Source of the DNA: Ascidiella aspersa
Lineage: Eukaryota
Direction: 5' to 3'
Assembly (NCBI GenBank): GCA_963924565.1
Contig: OZ004607.1
Location: 14,818,001-14,882,000 of the forward strand
Length of the DNA: 64,000 nt
Every line of letters begins with the position of its first letter. Position 1 is the stretch's first letter. Below are positions 12,581 to 25,700 of the stretch, piece after piece. The translations under genes and the position numbers were made by a program. The notes beneath the pieces are model-generated. The model was not told where the DNA came from. It saw only the letters and a list, made by a program, of their open reading frames with translations, and ran no database searches.

Positions 12581-12808
12581 CAGGGCTGCGGAGTCGTACT
12601 TGGGACTCGGCTGACTAAGTCGGTTTATTTTTGTAGTGTCGAAGTCCGATTTACGCATGCGCAAAACTAAATTCGAAACCGAATGGCCGAAATTTGTGAA
12701 TTTTGGAAAATATTTTTCATACCATTTTTCAACCAACTGATTGTGGATGAGTTGTATGGCAGTTGTAGACTGCGTCGTACTCGGGCTGTTTTTGACCGAC
12801 AGCCCTTG
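12581..12808. mobile_element. Degenerate MITE (CAGGGCTGCGGAGTCG type)
   Basis: Left end CAGGGCTGCGGAGTCG, right end CCGACAGCCCTTG. No clean TSD. Confidence 0.45.
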
Positions 12809-12887
12809 ACGAGAATAGGCCTACAACATTTTAATTATCCGGCAGTTAAATCTGAATGTATGATTTTTAGTATGACTTCCCGCTATA

Positions 12888-14038
12888 CATGGGCGCCCCC
12901 ACGAGGGGGCAAGGGGGGGGGGGAACTCCCCCCCTGGAATTTAAAAAAGCGATTATTATATTATTCGTAAGTATAATATGTATTACTAATGAAAGTTAAA
13001 AATATTATACATTATCCATTGCCCCAGTGGCGTATCCAGGGGGTTGGGGGTTCTTACCCCCCTTTTTGCAAGTAATATTATCATTTTTATTCGTTTTTGC
13101 ACGGTTTCGAAGCGACGTGCTTTTAAGTAGTACCGTCACGCGTCTTAATCTAATGCAAAACCAAATCATGCAAAGTGTGTATTCGACAATTGACAACGCT
13201 AAGTCAAACGTTTTTTCTTGATAAAACCGCAAGTTTGGCGGCAGTTAATGTTCCTCGCTGTTCGCTCTCTGCGCTAATATCCGTTGTTGGTGTGACATCG
13301 GCATATGTTTAAAGCAGATAAAAAAATTCTTAAAAGGAGATATAATGGTGACTGTCGTGCGCGTTTCAAAGTCTCCATTTTTATGCATGGATACTATTAG
13401 ATAGGTAACTCAAAATTATGCTCTTAAAGCATATTCTAAGACCACGTGTTAAGTGTGCAATTGACACAATTTTTTTTCCTTAAACGCAGATTGCAATTTA
13501 GTTGACTTGGCACACTGCTCTGCGCAGATATTGCAATGCGTGGCATAATAGCACCCGGGAAAAACAATCGGTGTTTAGCATTGCAGGTGGCGAGAGACGT
13601 GCTTAAAATTTAGCGCTAGTCCCGTTTATAGAAATTAGGAAACTGCGCTGCTAAGCCCAATAATGATTCTACCACAATTAATCACACATATTTCACGGTC
13701 TTGGTTTATTTTTTCGCCTAAAGTTAACGATATCACATCAAGTCCTTCTGGCGCCTGGCAGAAAGGTCGACGACGCGCGTGTTCGATTTGCGTCCTAAAA
13801 GTTCGCTTTTGCTTGGACGTTAATTGGCTGTTTCTGATTAATTTTTATAACGGCGTCTTGCAATCACCATTTATGACGCCATACGGTCATTATTTTATGA
13901 CGTCATTGACTCATTATTCATTAACGTCAGACAGAAAATAGGGTACTTGCCTAAGTTAAAAATGCAGAACCACCTTTTTGATTTTCTAGATACGCCCATG
14001 ATTGTCCCAACCTGGAAAATTTTCTGCGGGCGCCTATG
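12888..14038. mobile_element. hAT-type MITE containing a second nested MITE (about 13025-14000)
   Basis: Outer TIR CATGGGCGCCC / GGGCGCCTATG with TSD CCGCTATA / CCTCTATA. Inner element CAGTGGCGTATCCAG...CTAGATACGCCCATG, flanked by a degenerate ATTG(C/T)CCC repeat. Confidence 0.75.
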
Positions 14039-14047
14039 CCTCTATAG

Positions 14048-14817
14048 CAGTGTTTCTTAACCTTTTTTACTTGGGGCGCACGTAAAGACATTTGAAAACG
14101 TGGCGGCGCACCTCGCGAGCGAAGCGATCGCGAAATTTTTGCGGTGTACCTCTATTTCTCTTAAATTGCTTGCAATCGTTTACTATAATATAGGTTTTCT
14201 AGTTGTGTATGTTTAAAGAGACTCCAGCCTTAAAACCAAAAGAAGAACAACATCAGCTTCGGAATAAAATACAGTTAGGAATAAGGCGTAAATAGGACTA
14301 ATACCTAACAGTCGTAATAATGACGAAATCGGAATCAGACCTAAACGGCCAAAATAAGGCCTATAAAACCTTTTATCTAACCCCAAACCCCATCCATAAC
14401 TATCACTAACTACCCGCCCATGAGCCCAATCACGGGCAAAAAAAAATAACGGCGCCCAAAATGTAGACAGCAAACGGCCAATGACAAACTGGTGTTCCCA
14501 AGTCATCCCATACTCTTTCCCTATAGTCGTGGGCTTAATTTGACATGTTTAGCTCTTATCTAGACTATTTTAGATCTTATTCTGTCGTGGTCATTACTGC
14601 GTATTTGGCGTTATGATGTCGGTGGTCTTTGCACTATGGTGTTATAGATTGTCTGTTCAGATATTGTTGCTTTGTAGGGCTTATTGTGTTATACTTGAAA
14701 GTACTGTGGAATCAATGAGCTAAGCTTAGTAGGAAAGTAAAAATACATGTTTCATATATTAAATTGTTCTTTTCCTTTTGCTCGCGGCGCACCTGGAAAG
14801 GAGGCTGAGAAGCGCTG
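14048..14817. mobile_element. hAT-type MITE
   Basis: CAGTGTTTCTTAACC...GGCTGAGAAGCGCTG, subterminal GCGGCGCACC, and a perfect 8-bp TSD CTCTATAG (14040-14047, 14818-14825). Confidence 0.85.
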
Positions 14818-15623
14818 CTCTATAGCAATGTTCCTAATCAAATCTTCTGAAACAACAGTAGGAGACACAAATTGTTAAAAGCCTGTACGCATAAAGCCAC
14901 AAGCCCATCAGTCTTGAGCAATTAATAACAATAATTATAAGTATCCCTGTTCGTAATCTGTATCTGACTTCATGTCTGATAATCAATACAACCTGCCATA
15001 AGCACATATGTTTGATTAGTGCTATAGCCAATTTAACCCAATGAGTAAATAACACACAGTCACAAAGCCTGTGAGAGCTGAAAAAAGTGTTCATGTTGTA
15101 CCGCTGAGATGTGTGCAATCACACATGACGAAACGGGGATTTTGCTCTCTTCACTGTGCAGTAATGCACAAAGCCGTGGTGTTCGTTGCTTCTGTTTTTT
15201 GAATTGTCGTTTGTAACGCAGCGAATGCTTGTATGCAAACCCCACTAAGAATATTAGTTGTTGCCGGCCAGACTACATGTTGAAATTTACAAAATATTTT
15301 AATATCATACCTGGACTGAGCAAAACTTTTCACCAGTGGTGCTTTAGTATAGCACGACGAAAGATTTATACTTTTTAACAAGTGCAACTTTTAAAACTGT
15401 TAAATGCATATCCATATTAAAAAGTGAACAAAATGGAGTAACCATCTAGGTTGCAAGACGTTTCCATTACCACTTTAGTTTTGTTTGTTTGTGGATGCTG
15501 TTTAAAGAATAGCAGCACTATAAATTAGGGTGCAACTTTGTGTGCCTATAAAATTCCCCATGGTTCGCCACATTTTTAAGATAGTATTTTGTAACTTTTT
15601 TGATATTTGCTTGTGCCTTTTTC

Positions 15624-15820
15624 GGCGCTGGTCTAGAATCCTACCACAGTTCTAAAATCAACGCACAAAGTTTGAGTTAGGGTGCGGGTTAGCGTTTGGG
15701 TGTGGGTGGGTCAAGTATTATTATATTCTTTGTTTAATAATAATACTTGACCCACCTTAACCCAAACACTAACCCTAACCCAAATGGTGTTTCGTTGTGG
15801 TAGGATTCTAGACCAGCGCC
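15624..15820. mobile_element. Foldback MITE with telomere-like internal repeats
   Basis: Perfect 25-bp TIR GGCGCTGGTCTAGAATCCTACCACA. Internal arms are also inverted (GGTTAG.../CTAACC..., GGTGGGTCAAGTATTATTA). Flanked by a direct repeat CTTTTTC. Confidence 0.85.
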
Positions 15821-16195
15821 CCTTTTTCTTTTATGATGCCATTTAATTCAGAAAAGTATGTTTAAGTAAAGGCCTAAATATTTTTTTAAAAATGTCTTTA
15901 TTTAACCCCTTCTCTTTCATGCATATTTTGCAAACTTACATGAGGTCTGTCAGGATTTTTCTCATTTGCAAGATTAAAAGTCTCATTTTCTCTAATTGTG
16001 TTGCAAAGTACACTTTATTGTTTATTATATCTTTCAAATGATATTCACTTTTTTCAGTGTTGTTAGTAACAGGGGTCCTTGCTGGATCATTTTTGTTTAC
16101 ATAAATATGCGTTAAAACCGCAAATTGTATCATAAAAAAAATGTGCGTAAATCTTTGGCAGCCACAAATTATGGAATGCAGTTAGGGGTGTACAG

Positions 16196-17548
16196 CAGTG
16201 CTTCTTAAACTTTTTTAGTTTTGTTCACCCTTAGCATCTATCTCCAGATTTCATTCACCCGTCTCATGATATGATTAAACTATCTCGTCTATACATAACA
16301 GCTCAAAATGACTTGGATTGTTTTGATTTTTGTTAAGATCAACTCCAGCTAAGTTTTACAATTGCAAATCTACAATTTCTCGAGTCCAGAAATATAAAGC
16401 AACAAAAGCACAAAACAAAGTCACCAAATTGTTGTACTTATCCCTAGGGCTACCATACTATTAGCACCCAAAAAGATGACATTTTTTGCCTGCAAGTAAA
16501 ACGAAAATAGAATTGTTACGTTTGAGAAATACATGCAATATCCACAACTTTTTTCAGCAGCGACACCCTTTGTAATTTTCCTATGATCCCTACGAAAAGC
16601 AATTCGAAATTTTTAATTAAATTTCACTGAGGCAACTTGAAAATAGTGAAATTTGTTGTCGGTCGCGCGAAGCACGAAACAAAATTGGATTTAATTGGTT
16701 GAATTGGCGCTAAACTGTAAAATCCGGAGGCTTTTTGCAAAACATTCCGTCCCCCTGTTGCTAGCCTGTTATCCACTTATATAAAATATGGATAAAAAAT
16801 AGTTCAAACGGTGGATGACTTTTATCGTTTATCTATAAGTTAGAAAAATTATAATTAAATATGGCCGTTATACCATCGATGATATGAAAACATGGAATGG
16901 CACTCAAAGAAACTTTGTGCTCAACAAAGTAATAACAGAAGATTCACAAATTTTTTTTGGTAGTTTTTATGTTAAAGTTGGCAAAAACAAAGTTTGTTCA
17001 GCGCAGTAGGAGTGGTGTACAACCAAAACGAAAACGATACCATCAGAATCATAGCAAGAAATTTAAATATTAACTTTTTCACAGCTCTCCTCCCCTCTTG
17101 GGAATTGTTTGAAGCCCCCCTAGAAACCCTTTTTAAACCAGCAATTCAGCATCTTTCATGGCTCAAGTATTTTTTAGAAATAAATACAACCTCTCGGCTA
17201 AAAGTCTTATTAGAAGTATAAGCAACTAACTCGAAATGCGAAAAAATAGGAAATTTGGACATTTTTGGGTCCTCGGAGGACCATTCAGTTTTCTCAAGAA
17301 AAGGGGATAAATCCTCCTAAAAGAGGACATATGGTAGGCCTAACTTATACACTCAGTGCAAACCAACTTAACTATTACAATAAGCAAAATAACAACAGTT
17401 CAGTAGTCGATTTACTTCAGAAAGTTGTTTACTAGTGACTATAGGATGCTCCTGAACTTTTCACTTTCCCTTATTCATCCCTTTTGGTTGGTTCACCCCT
17501 GCAAAAATTTTATTCACCCTGGGGTGAACCATTCATTAAGAAACACTG
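16196..17548. mobile_element. hAT-type MITE containing a nested Blackjack-like hAT MITE (16445-17342)
   Basis: Outer TIR CAGTGCTTCTTAA / TTAAGAAACACTG with TSD GTGTACAG / ATGTACAG. Inner TIR TAGGGCTACCATA / TATGGTAGGCCTA with ACTTAT(C/A)C flanks. Confidence 0.8.
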
Positions 17549-18137
17549 ATGTACAGTAACCTGCGCCCTGGCAAACAAAACTATTTTTAGTATTTTCCAA
17601 GTATATGTTAGACACAAATTATTCAACTCCTAGTAATAATGTCATTACTATCCTGCATTGTTTTTCTGTAGCATGCTTTTGTTGGCATATTTTGGATAAA
17701 CTGCTAGAAAACCCTAAGTTACACTACTGTCATTAAAATTTGCATTGCCTTGACATGTTTTCTTATAAGGCCAGTCTGCTTACTGTCAGATACACACCTC
17801 ATATTTTTTAAATAAATTTATGTGTACACACCTAAATCAGTATATGTACACTTAAATTTCTGAAAAAGGAAATTTGTGGTGGGATTGAGAACCTAAAATT
17901 TGGTACACTCACAAGATCTTGACATGCCATGAAAATGCAGACTGGGTATAGGGTCTGTAGAGTTTTTGTATGTTAAAAAACTGTATTTTTGACTCTTTTA
18001 ACTCCCAAGTGATTCACCAAATATTATTATTTATCTGTTTCTCCAATAAAAGGATTTTATGTTTTAAGTTTGCTTTCATAAACATAGTTATGAAACTAAT
18101 CATCATGTTGCAAATTTACTGCCATCCATCTAAAGGT

Positions 18138-18369
18138 GTTTGCACTGAATATGTTAAAAATGGAAATCACCTTGACCCTTGCAAGATAAATGTCGACCTT
18201 AATTCCTGATCAGTAACAGCAAAATAATCTAGCAAAGCTAGCAATTCAGGCCAGACACATTAACCAGATCTTAAAAGATATATATATATTTCGCCAACTA
18301 AGGCATCATCAGTATACACTTTCTGTTTTGTCTGACCTGAATTGCTAGCTTTGCTAGATTATTTTGCTG
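18138..18369 (-). mobile_element. Non-coding PLE-type insertion (232 bp) with hammerhead motif and internal 41-bp inverted repeat
   Basis: Perfect 14-bp TSD ATCCATCTAAAGGT (18124-18137, 18370-18383). Inverted repeat at 18217-18257 and 18329-18369 (1 mismatch) encloses the hammerhead core. Confidence 0.82.
18278..18319 (-). ncRNA. Minimal type I hammerhead ribozyme motif
   Basis: GUGUAUA-CUGAUGA-U-GCC(UUAGUU)GGC-GAAA-UA-UA^UAUAUAU. Same topology as the motif at 2604-2643. Confidence 0.72.
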
Positions 18370-19703
18370 ATCCATCTAAAGGTTTAGAACTTTAATAAGA
18401 ACTAAAAGTTTTGCAAAAGAACGGGTGCTTTATTTTTGTCTTTGTTCATAAGTAACCAAATTTAAGCGCAACATTGCAAACTGTTAAACTACAAGTAAAA
18501 CATTTCTTTTAACCTGCCTTGTTTGCATCTAAATCTGATTTGGTTAGTCTGTCAAGGATTCAAGTATACTATACATAACTTGTGACAATTACTTCAAAAG
18601 ATAATGAATTGTGCTTAAATTAAATTTAGTATTTTGTAATACTAAAATTATTTCTGTCAAAATTAGTTCTTTACAAAAATAAGCCATTACCTAACATAAG
18701 TTTCTGAGGCCCTATGAGATTTTTGCCTCTGTCATTCTTTTACTAATTAATGGATTATTTTTTAAATGTGAAATGGTAGATTATTAAATGCTTTGGAAAT
18801 ACTTGAAGTCACACATGTTGCTGATAGGTGCCCAATTATGTGATAAAAATGCACAGCTCAGGTCAATTTGGACCCACATAAGCTTAGGGTTATTCTGTAC
18901 AATGTACATTTACATAATATAATTTATATTTTTAAATCTTATTGAAATATTTTGAAAATGCTTTATGTGAGCACAGGGCAGTTGTTAAATAACAAGCTAA
19001 TTGGTTACCTTTCTTTGCCTAAAATTAGGCTGTAGAAATCACAATGTTTAATGTCTTTTATTCATTTTTCACTTCTGTAATTGAAAAAGGTGGTTCCGTT
19101 TTTTTTTCTTTACAAGAGTCAAGCCCTGATTTAAAAACTATTTCTATGTTTTTTTCTTGATCATGTGCTATTCCTTTCCGTGTGTAAGGTTTAATATTTA
19201 CTGTTTTGTAAAGTTTAATATTTACTGTCATTTTATGCGCCAGCTAAAGACAATATGAAATAATGGCTTCCAACACAATAGCTATTTCACCTTTAGGTAC
19301 TTCCCCTGTGGATAAGTCCCAGTTGGCTGGTATCTGCTTGTCTGTAGTCGACTAGTCTCAATGAAACGCTAGTAAATTTTAAGTAAAAAGGTAGGAATAA
19401 ATACCAAAACCAATCCATAAGTTTACTATGTTGTCTGAAGTCACACTTGTCAATTTTAAGATAAGACATATACAAGCTTTGAAACATAATGAAAGTGTCA
19501 TGTTGTTCAGCAAAGTAATGGAGACTGTCTTTATATACAAAGTTGCACTTTTACCAAAACAAGTTTAAAAATGATTCAATATTAATATGTTGTCAGTGTT
19601 ATTTAACATGGTTTATATACTTTCAATTCACGTAGGTGTTTTTAGCTGAGTATTTTTAAAAGTTGGTGTTTTTAATTCAAAAACAAACCTCTGCTGTCTT
19701 GCA

Positions 19704-22700
19704 ATGGATGCAAGTGACATGCCTCCAGCTTTGGCTGAATCTTCAGATGATGATAGTGACATGGTAAGTTTCAAGCATGATTTTTATTTGCATGACATCT
19801 CTTTTGTTATTTATCTTGTTGTGATATTTTACAACTACATTCAGATTTTTTTTTGTAAATGCTCATGGCAGTTTAAGAACATAGTTAAATTATAAAACTC
19901 TTTCAGCTGGATGACTTTCCAGAGAAGTATTTTGGAAGGTTTCCATGGGGTAGGAAAAGAACAAAGCGAATTAGTAAGTGAATTTATTTTTTTATATATC
20001 ATGTGTTTTGGGGCACTGTTCTTTGCCTTTGTTTTATGTTGGCTTCACACATACTGTCACTAAGCCTTGAGCGACTTATTTTGGAATCATCCTGTCTCAA
20101 CTTTAAACTTAACCTAACTAGGTCTGAAATGTAATTGTTTAGAGTGAAAATAATAATTACCACTCTTAATGGACAAAAAATCCTACATTTTGTATACTGT
20201 TTAAAACAGCAATATTTACCTACAGAGCAGCAGGTTAATATGTGGATGCAGTTGGATGAGGAGTATGTAAAAGGGGTCAAGGAGCTTGCAGTTATAAACC
20301 TCACGTCACTTTGCATTGGCAAGAAATCCCCCACAATGTTTCTGTCTGCCAAGTGTCACACATGGGCAAAGACACTTTTGCGTATCAGAGACCCATTACC
20401 AGTGTAAGTTTAAAAAATTTCTGTTTAAAAAATTCAATTATACACATATTATGTTTACAGAATTTTAAAAAGAAGTGCAAGAGCCTGTTTTTTGTAATCT
20501 GTCTACTTATTTTGGATTTTCAGTGGGATTACAACTGCTGACCGTTTAGAAGAAGAAATGGTCATGTGGAGGATGATGCAAAAAGCTAATGTGAAGATGT
20601 TCTCAATTGCAAAAAGACAAACAGAGTTGATTGAAATTTTAAATTTTGTACAGAAAGCTTCTGAGGTATGCCATTTACCCGCATTTACATGTTACTTATC
20701 CCAAAACCCAATGTTAGCCTTCATACAAGAACATTTTTAACAGTAGTGTAAACAACAAACGTTGATTTCAAATTTAGTTGAATAATTTATGACTAAGTTT
20801 TCCATGCTTAAATGCATAACAAATAATAAATGTTTAGAAAGTGGATAAACTATGAATGCAAATAGTGAGCATTGTCAGCCTTGCAGGTGACCAATTTACC
20901 CCGGTGGTTCATATATTTTAAAACATGACATTTTATTGAACTCTTTCTGTTTTACCTATCAGGAAAACAGCATTCATAAGTAATATAAAGATATGCTCCA
21001 GCTGCACTTTTAGCATTTTAATCTGACGAAGAAGAAAGCTGTTTTTCAATGTGTTTAACTAACGTTATTTTTGTTTTAGGCAGAGGATGAGGAGATAGAA
21101 ATACCTTTGCTATTACATGCACATGGCCATGCTCAATTTCAATTAGTTTGGTAAGTACATTTTCCAGCCTGTAAAAAATGTAACTAACTACCAGATAAAG
21201 TATATACACTGTATATTTGTCACATGTTGTTTTAGTTAACCATTATGTGAATGTGAAAATGTGAAGATTGTATGTTGTACATTTTAGCTCTCGTTTTTAT
21301 CCTAATGTGACAATTGCCTAGACCTAGATAGTCCCACCTTAGCAGCTAAACAACCAAATGAACACTGAAGCAACGCAACACTTCCTTGCGTTTTACCAAC
21401 AATCCTTATTTTAAATGTTGAAGGTGCCGATTCTAACTGCCTTTCAGATTAGCAGAAAATTCGTCTTGACTTCTGTTTTTACCCTGTTCACCGTCATTTA
21501 AAAAAATGTTTTCCACAGCGACTGCATACAGGCAGCTGTTCAGTCGTACGGCGACAGGGAAGCCATCGTCTTGAACGAGAAAACGCGTGGAAAAACCTAC
21601 AAGGATAGTAGCCTCTATGTAGCACTCGTGGTTACCAAGCAGTTCGCCGACGTTCTGGACACAATCGCTTACGAAGGCCGAGATGTGGTGCGGGAATCCA
21701 ATCTGGTGCGCGCCGACACTGTAAGTTGACACAAACCTTTTCGTGTTGTTTAAGTTGGACGCCGGTCGTAGATTTGCCTTTGTTGGGAATTTCTTACGTC
21801 GCCGAAAAATATGTAAAATCTGCACAAAATTTGTGTGTAAGCGAAGCTCTAGTTTATGACTTGGGGTGTTGGGACAGATAAAACCTGCACGGGAAAATTT
21901 TAAGCGACCTGCCTTCATAGGACCATAAACATTGGCGGTTTGTAGACTTTTCTCGGAGTTGTTTGCACACTTCAACATAAGTAAAACTTGTGTGCACAAC
22001 ATGAACAACAAACTGTTTTTCGCGTCTGTTAAAAAGTAGTTTATCATGGTCTGTTACGTTCTTTAGCTAATTACCAACCTCTCACAAATCACAGAATTCA
22101 GGATATAAATCACCATGAGCTTTCATAACTTTTTTTTTGAGAGATCACAAATGTTATTAATATTAACTGGGAAGTCTAACTCGAGAAATGTGTATTCCTC
22201 AGCCAATTTGGCTATGGTTTATAGTTTGACATCAAAAACGGCCTGTTGAATCATTTTTACCGTTTTAAGACGGCATGGCGATATTAATTTGCTGAAAGCA
22301 TTTAAAATCTGACACACAAAATAACTTTTATAAAGAAACAACTCCATATCACTAGTTTGGAAGTTGAGCTACCACTTGTTGCAAATAACAATGCGTTTTT
22401 TTTAATACAAAATTTAGAGCAGAAAGGTAAACATTTTCTTTTAAAAGTTTTTTAATTTGACGGACTGTTTTTTCTCCCCTGCATATATACGTAAAATATC
22501 AAGAGAAATGACAAAAAACACTAATGAGTTTTATTTATTTCAAACACATCGTAATTTTGCCAATTTAAACTCAGCTTATCTCATCAAGGGTCGGGTTTTG
22601 TAGGGTCCGTGGATTTTTCTTGAATGACATTTATATGATAATAACATGACTTCACAAAAATTTACATAAATAAATGTGGTGTCAAGTCCAACAATGTGTT

Positions 22701-25700
22701 AAACATTACTTTCTAACAATTACATTCGGGTTGCTAGCGCCACACACGTCGCGATTTTACTTCTAGTTTAAAGTGTTTGCTCAAAAACAATTTTTTTGGA
22801 CACAAGTTTTTTTTTTGCATTTGTATTGCAAGAATTTGCCCAAAAAAGTGGGGTAATTTGTCTGTTTTTATTTATTATCGGTATTCTACAATCGCCTTTT
22901 TAACGCTGTTGCGACCAAACGGTTATTTTTCAGCCTAATAAGATGCGGTTAAATATGTACCTGGCTCTTATTTTACCTCTAATGATTATGAAAAAGATAT
23001 ATTTAGCGATAAAATAGAGGCATTTTTTATTAAAAATGGGCTCACCAAAATTTGATTCTTAAGACGCTATTTTCATATATACAGGTAAAAGGATTGTTTA
23101 TTAACATCATGTAGGTTAACTTCATCGTTCTACTTGTTATCTCTCATCGTTCTAACCTGTGATATTATCTATTTATTATTTATTGCAGGGCAAAATGCTG
23201 AGGTTTAAAGACATGGGTAATGAGTTCTTTAAAAAGCAAGACTACATGCAAGCGTTAAAAGTTTACACGGAAGCTATTGAAACATACCCTTACAGTCCTG
23301 TTCTCTTCTGCAATCGTTGCATCGCCGCCCTTAAGTTAACGATTTACGAGTAAGTGCGGCCACGCCGTAGTACCTCTATTGGGCTAACTTTAAGCAAAAT
23401 GTTAAAATGAAAATTACTTGTAATTCAAAACATGTATTGTCTACTATTGTTTATTTATGTGTTGCATACAATTATAACATTTGTCCAAACCATACGTATT
23501 TATTAAATAACTATGCACTAGCGAAAAAAATTAGTGCCATGTGGTACATGATTTTTGTTATTTTTTTACCCTGCATCCGATTCTCAAATATTAGGCAATG
23601 CAGAAATACATTGATCGATTTTATAACAACTATAAAATTTAAACTTGCATTGAACTAACAACCTCGGTAAACAAAATAGAAAGAGGGTATAAACTTAATA
23701 GATTACAGTAGAAATAATCATGTGTTTTAAACTGGATTTTATATTTCGAAGTTTTTTTGAGGTCAAATTATTTTTGAGGTCGAGTTGCAATTTAGCATAT
23801 TGTCAATATACGTTTTTTCGATTGCAGTTTAGCGGTTTTGGACGGTTACCGGGCGACTTCGTTGCAGCCGGATTGGGGTAAGGCGTATCACAGGAGGGCA
23901 GAAGCGTTAAAAAACACTGGCCGACTTCAGTTGGCAATTGAAACAGACCTCGAAGGACTGGAGAATTGCCGCAATCCGTCCGAACGAATCGATTTACAGA
24001 AACAACTAGCCTCATTTCGTAAGTTAGCTGTAATACTTATCATTCCTTTTAAATTCCAAGGTGTAAAACTTTTGTATTTGTATTTTCTTGCATAATGGCA
24101 ATTCCTTAAAACAAAACCGCGTATAAACGTTTGTATTTATATTTATATTTTGTTTTAATATGGGATATTTAGTCACGTTTATGTTGTGATTGGTGTACGG
24201 AAATTTATTAGTAGCACAATGACTTATATAAGTGATTTTATATCCTAAAATTAAACGAATGAAATACAGTCATATAAAATAATGTTATAAATAAATAACA
24301 GTGTAGGTTGAAATTTCATTGTCAAACACTAACAAGTAATTAACAAAGTATGCTCCTCCGCGTCAGGGCAATGTCATCACCTGCCTTAAGGTCAATCACA
24401 ATGTCAAGGTGCCAAGTACTTCGTTATAGAAACGTGTTGTAGAGTGTAAACCAATACTTAGCGCAATAGCTGTTAATTGCCTATGTTCGGAGCTATGGCA
24501 ACGTTTAATTTTGTTGCAGGCGAAATTGAATCACAAAAGAACAAAATGGAGCAGAGAGACCAAAACGGTAAAGCACCAATACGTTCAATTTCCAAAAATG
24601 GCAGCATTATTTCCCAGGTAATTGTTGCTCAAATGCTCAAGCAAACCACTAAGCCAGGGGTTCTTAAACTGGGGTCCATAGACCACTTGGGGATCCGCGA
24701 ACTAGTTTTAGGGGGCCCATGAAGGCCTAATGGAAATATTAGTGCATATTTAAGAAGTATTAAGTTTTTTAAACAAAACAATTTAACTAAAAATGGATCG
24801 GTTTTGAACTGAATGTATTTAGACTTCATTTCACTTTCACGTTTTTTGGACTGAAATCAACAGTTAATGAAGTCTATTTGTATTGTAAAGTAAATATGGC
24901 GTAATTTTTTTTTAATGTTCTTGCCTACCGTGGTTCACGCGAAGCCAAAACAAATTTTAGTGGTTCGCGGTAAAAAAAGTTTAAGAACATCGGAAGGCAG
25001 TTGTTAATAGCAGGCAATTTTAACATACATTTTTAACTCTCAGTATCGGATTGTTGAAAAAATAAAACATGACTAAACTCATATGGTCGTTAAGATTACT
25101 CTCATTTGATTCAAAAAACTGTTGGTTTTATTACGTTTATTGAAATTGTTTAACAATATGATGGCGGTATTATTGTAAACAATATTGATTAATTGAAATT
25201 CGTATTAAATGTCAGACAGCTCGCAATTGTCCAAAAAGTGTTTTTAACTTGTAATATACTGTTTTCTGTTATTTGATGAGCAATTAACCAGTCTGTTTTT
25301 GTTAACAGGGAGAGTTGCCAGAATTAGTTTCGGAGGACGACTCTGTTAAAGGTAATCTGTCATTTCCTACGAATACATCGAGTTACGTAGTGCACTCATT
25401 TTGACTAATGAGTGCACTCATTTTTAACTAATACTTATATAATACGATAATTATGGTAATTCTAAGTCCTTATTGGAAAAGCGATCTTTGGTTTTCCCGC
25501 ATAATTGAAAACAAAATGTCTTTGATCACATTAGAACCAGACCTCTTCTGTTCTATGAGATTACGTTGATTTGAAACTTCCTAAACGTATGTTTTCTGGC
25601 AGATTTTTCTGACGGCGAGTCGTCTAACGTAGCTCAAAAGAAACAGAAAAAAACGGAACTTAAAAAGCAAAAGGCACAACAGGTGAGAAAGTCAAAACTT

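Noticed and set aside
20963-20979. Possible 17-nt TTC3 micro-exon
   Set aside because: Including it breaks the frame. Exons ending 20665 and starting 21080 join directly in phase 0.
21433-22047. 204-aa minus-strand ORF
   Set aside because: It is the antisense shadow of TTC3 exon 21519-21720 plus flanking intron. No recognisable domain.
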